24,000 bases of DNA, taken from the NCBI GenBank assembly GCA_003662765.1, contig QMYR01000008.1, positions 1,677-25,676 of the forward strand. Reading direction: 5' to 3'. This document shows, one piece after another, positions 22,234 through 24,000 of the stretch (positions are counted from its first letter, which is position 1; every line of letters starts with the position of its first letter). The stretch is from Candidatus Thorarchaeota archaeon (GTDB taxonomy: Archaea; Asgardarchaeota; Thorarchaeia; Thorarchaeales; Thorarchaeaceae). Under the pieces are notes generated by a model, which made no database searches, was not told the DNA's origin, and was given only the letters and a program-made list of their open reading frames with translations. The position numbers were made by a program, and so were the translations under genes.

Positions 22234-24000
22234 CTATACCTCACCAGCCTCCTCCTGAAGCGATAGGAGGATGCGGTCGGTTGCAGTGACGGCCTGCTTG
22301 ATTGTCTTGAGGTACTCTTGGCGTGTCTTCTCAAATGCAGCCCTGCTGATCTTCTGTTTCTTCTTTCGAAGAAGGAGCTGCCTGAGACCAGCCTTGGCAC
22401 CCTCGATTCTCTCCTCTTGTAGCTCAAGCTGACCTATCACGTCACGATATCGTGAGCCGTATGATATGAGTTCCTCTTTCAGCGAGGCGAGCTGTGCATC
22501 TAGCTTCTCAAGCTGCGCCTTGATATCGCGCTCGCGAACCATGAATTCTCGTTTCGAAACTTTTCCTCTCTTTCGAGCAGACTCGAGCTTTTCGAGGTCC
22601 AAGTTGAGGGCGGTCTTCTTGGAGTAGGCCTTTGCGAACTCACTGAGTAGTTCTGGCGGGGCACCAGCTTGCCTCACAACTGCGGCCTCTTCCTCTGGCG
22701 ACATCTCACCCTCGACGGGCAGCTCCACCTTCCGCACTGAAACGTAGAGCGCAGCAACAAGGCCAATTATCAATGCAAACAGGAGCGGCCGCGCAAGAAT
22801 GGCTGGCGTCATCTGATACACGAGTGAGATTTCAATCGGATTCCGTTGTGTGGTGTTGTAAGCAGTATAGCGGAGTATTGCGTCAAAGCCCCCGTAGAGT
22901 AGTCTGTACTCACCTGAGGCTTGAATCACATTCACTGACACTGGAACAACAATATCAACTGTGTGGGTCTTGACTAGGATCTCGTCTATCGTGCTCATTG
23001 GAAACTCAATCTCGTTGCCATCAGTAGCCGATTTCTGGTACTGCGGCAGATACAAATCATACTCCACATAGAAGGTGTAGTGGTAGTTGGGCATGAAGCC
23101 CTCGTCACCGAAACGATCCTTCTTCAGATTAATACGCTGCTTCAACGTTTCGTTCCAGTTGTAGTCGCTTGGCTGCGATGAGGCCAAGATCCCCAGTCTG
23201 TCATAGATGCGGACGTTGGACATGTAGGCCGGAAACGTGTAGGCAATGTCCGTTTCTCTTGCTGGACCAACGTTGTCCAGTGTAATAGTTTCCTTGTAGT
23301 GCAACCAGCCCCAAGGGTCAATGCGAATTTCAGTCTTGCGAGTGGCCACGATGTCAGGCGTGAAGGACTTCATCAGGAGTGTGAACTCCTCGTAAGTGAA
23401 GGGGTTGACATTGTAGTAGACACCCTCAGGGTTAGTGCCGTTGTAGAACGAGTCTCCGCTTCTGAAGGCCATGGATATTGACAGTCGGTCGATGACGTAG
23501 GGCAACATCGGGTACTTGTAGAATTGAAGACTGTAGATGTTATCATCATAGTTATAGATCTCCTGAAGAGAGTGGAAATACATGACAACAGTAAACTTGT
23601 AGGAGTCACCCGCCTCGACAGGTGAGGCGAAATAGACGCGCCAGCGATACATTCCACCTTCATCAGGGAGCTTTAGCACATCAAGCGGGTTCTCGGACGA
23701 GTCCTCAGCTTCGATGGAGAGAAAGTTATTCCTGTATGTGTCAGGGAGATACACTTCAATCGCTGAGATGGGAAGTGCGTTCTCGTTCTTCACCTTGATC
23801 TCGTCTGTCGACTTTACACCATGATACATGAGGGTCGTGATCGTACGGGATATGGTGAGCGACATTCCGAGAAGTGGGTTGTAAGGAATATGCACGGTCA
23901 CATTCCGGGAAATCACTACGGTCACATTGGACGCGTCGGTGGCATTTAGCCAGACCGTGTGTACACTCCCCGACTCATAAACAGACGCATCCAGTGTGAA
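22234..24000 (-). CDS. ribophorin I / OST1-like membrane protein (5' end lies beyond the window)
   Basis: The frame stays open from TAG 22234-22236 to base 24000; the GTG at 23925 in the track is internal. The layout is a beta-rich ectodomain, one TM helix (ILARPLLFALIIGLVAALYVSV), then a ~165-aa charged coiled-coil tail. Several local stretches match eukaryotic ribophorin I from memory (listed in the corresponding finding). Confidence 0.7.
   Translation of the reverse strand, partial: FTLDASVYESGSVHTVWLNATDASNVTVVISRNVTVHIPYNPLLGMSLTISRTITTLMYHGVKSTDEIKVKNENALPISAIEVYLPDTYRNNFLSIEAEDSSENPLDVLKLPDEGGMYRWRVYFASPVEAGDSYKFTVVMYFHSLQEIYNYDDNIYSLQFYKYPMLPYVIDRLSISMAFRSGDSFYNGTNPEGVYYNVNPFTYEEFTLLMKSFTPDIVATRKTEIRIDPWGWLHYKETITLDNVGPARETDIAYTFPAYMSNVRIYDRLGILASSQPSDYNWNETLKQRINLKKDRFGDEGFMPNYHYTFYVEYDLYLPQYQKSATDGNEIEFPMSTIDEILVKTHTVDIVVPVSVNVIQASGEYRLLYGGFDAILRYTAYNTTQRNPIEISLVYQMTPAILARPLLFALIIGLVAALYVSVRKVELPVEGEMSPEEEAAVVRQAGAPPELLSEFAKAYSKKTALNLDLEKLESARKRGKVSKREFMVRERDIKAQLEKLDAQLASLKEELISYGSRYRDVIGQLELQEERIEGAKAGLRQLLLRKKKQKISRAAFEKTRQEYLKTIKQAVTATDRILLSLQEEAGEV

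Noticed and set aside
1-24000. Searched the whole window for CRISPR-like spaced repeats, terminal inverted repeats, transposase/integrase-like ORFs, and clusters of unassignable genes that could form a defence or other accessory system.
   Set aside because: None was found. Every ORF longer than ~90 aa that is not an antisense shadow can be assigned to a housekeeping family, and the only repeats are the short promoter-region motifs reported in the findings.

Overview
This is a densely coding archaeal core-chromosome window dominated by the translation and transcription apparatus. Plus-strand block 1-11231 holds a YhbY-like 3' end, S19e, a PDCD5-like protein, L39e, L31e, aIF6, LX, prefoldin alpha and FtsY. 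It continues with argF, a PfkB kinase, the conserved FtsZ-SecE-Spt5-L11-L1-P0-P1 cluster and tRNA-Arg. Minus-strand block 11233-13953 holds ThiL followed by a COG1031-type radical SAM protein. Two plus-strand tRNAs (Thr, Leu) flank a ~400 nt non-coding spacer and are followed by a Gfo/Idh/MocA oxidoreductase. Minus-strand block 15785-20731 holds gcvPA, gcvPB, an LpdD-like protein, a MoaD/SAMP-like protein and a CDKAL1-type methylthiotransferase. After that come a Trm112-like protein abutting tRNA-Gln, an HD hydrolase, and the 3' part of a ribophorin I/OST1-like membrane protein that runs off the window. I see no CRISPR array, IS element, integrase, toxin-antitoxin or recognisable defence gene, and no self-contained novel multi-gene system. 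The window is housekeeping DNA from an unusual lineage. The points worth follow-up are: (1) a eukaryote-type ribophorin I homologue; (2) a C2H2-like zinc finger inserted in the Spt5 NGN domain; (3) four tRNA introns in three tRNAs, three of them at non-canonical positions; (4) two conserved genes whose N-termini start directly after the in-frame stop of the upstream gene with no ATG/GTG/TTG available; (5) a shared palindrome next to TATA-like boxes upstream of two translation-apparatus operons; (6) a sulfur-carrier-like protein sitting directly upstream of the methylthiotransferase. The ribophorin homologue suggests an Asgard-type archaeon; that is an inference. All family assignments come from reading the translations against remembered family motifs, not from searches.
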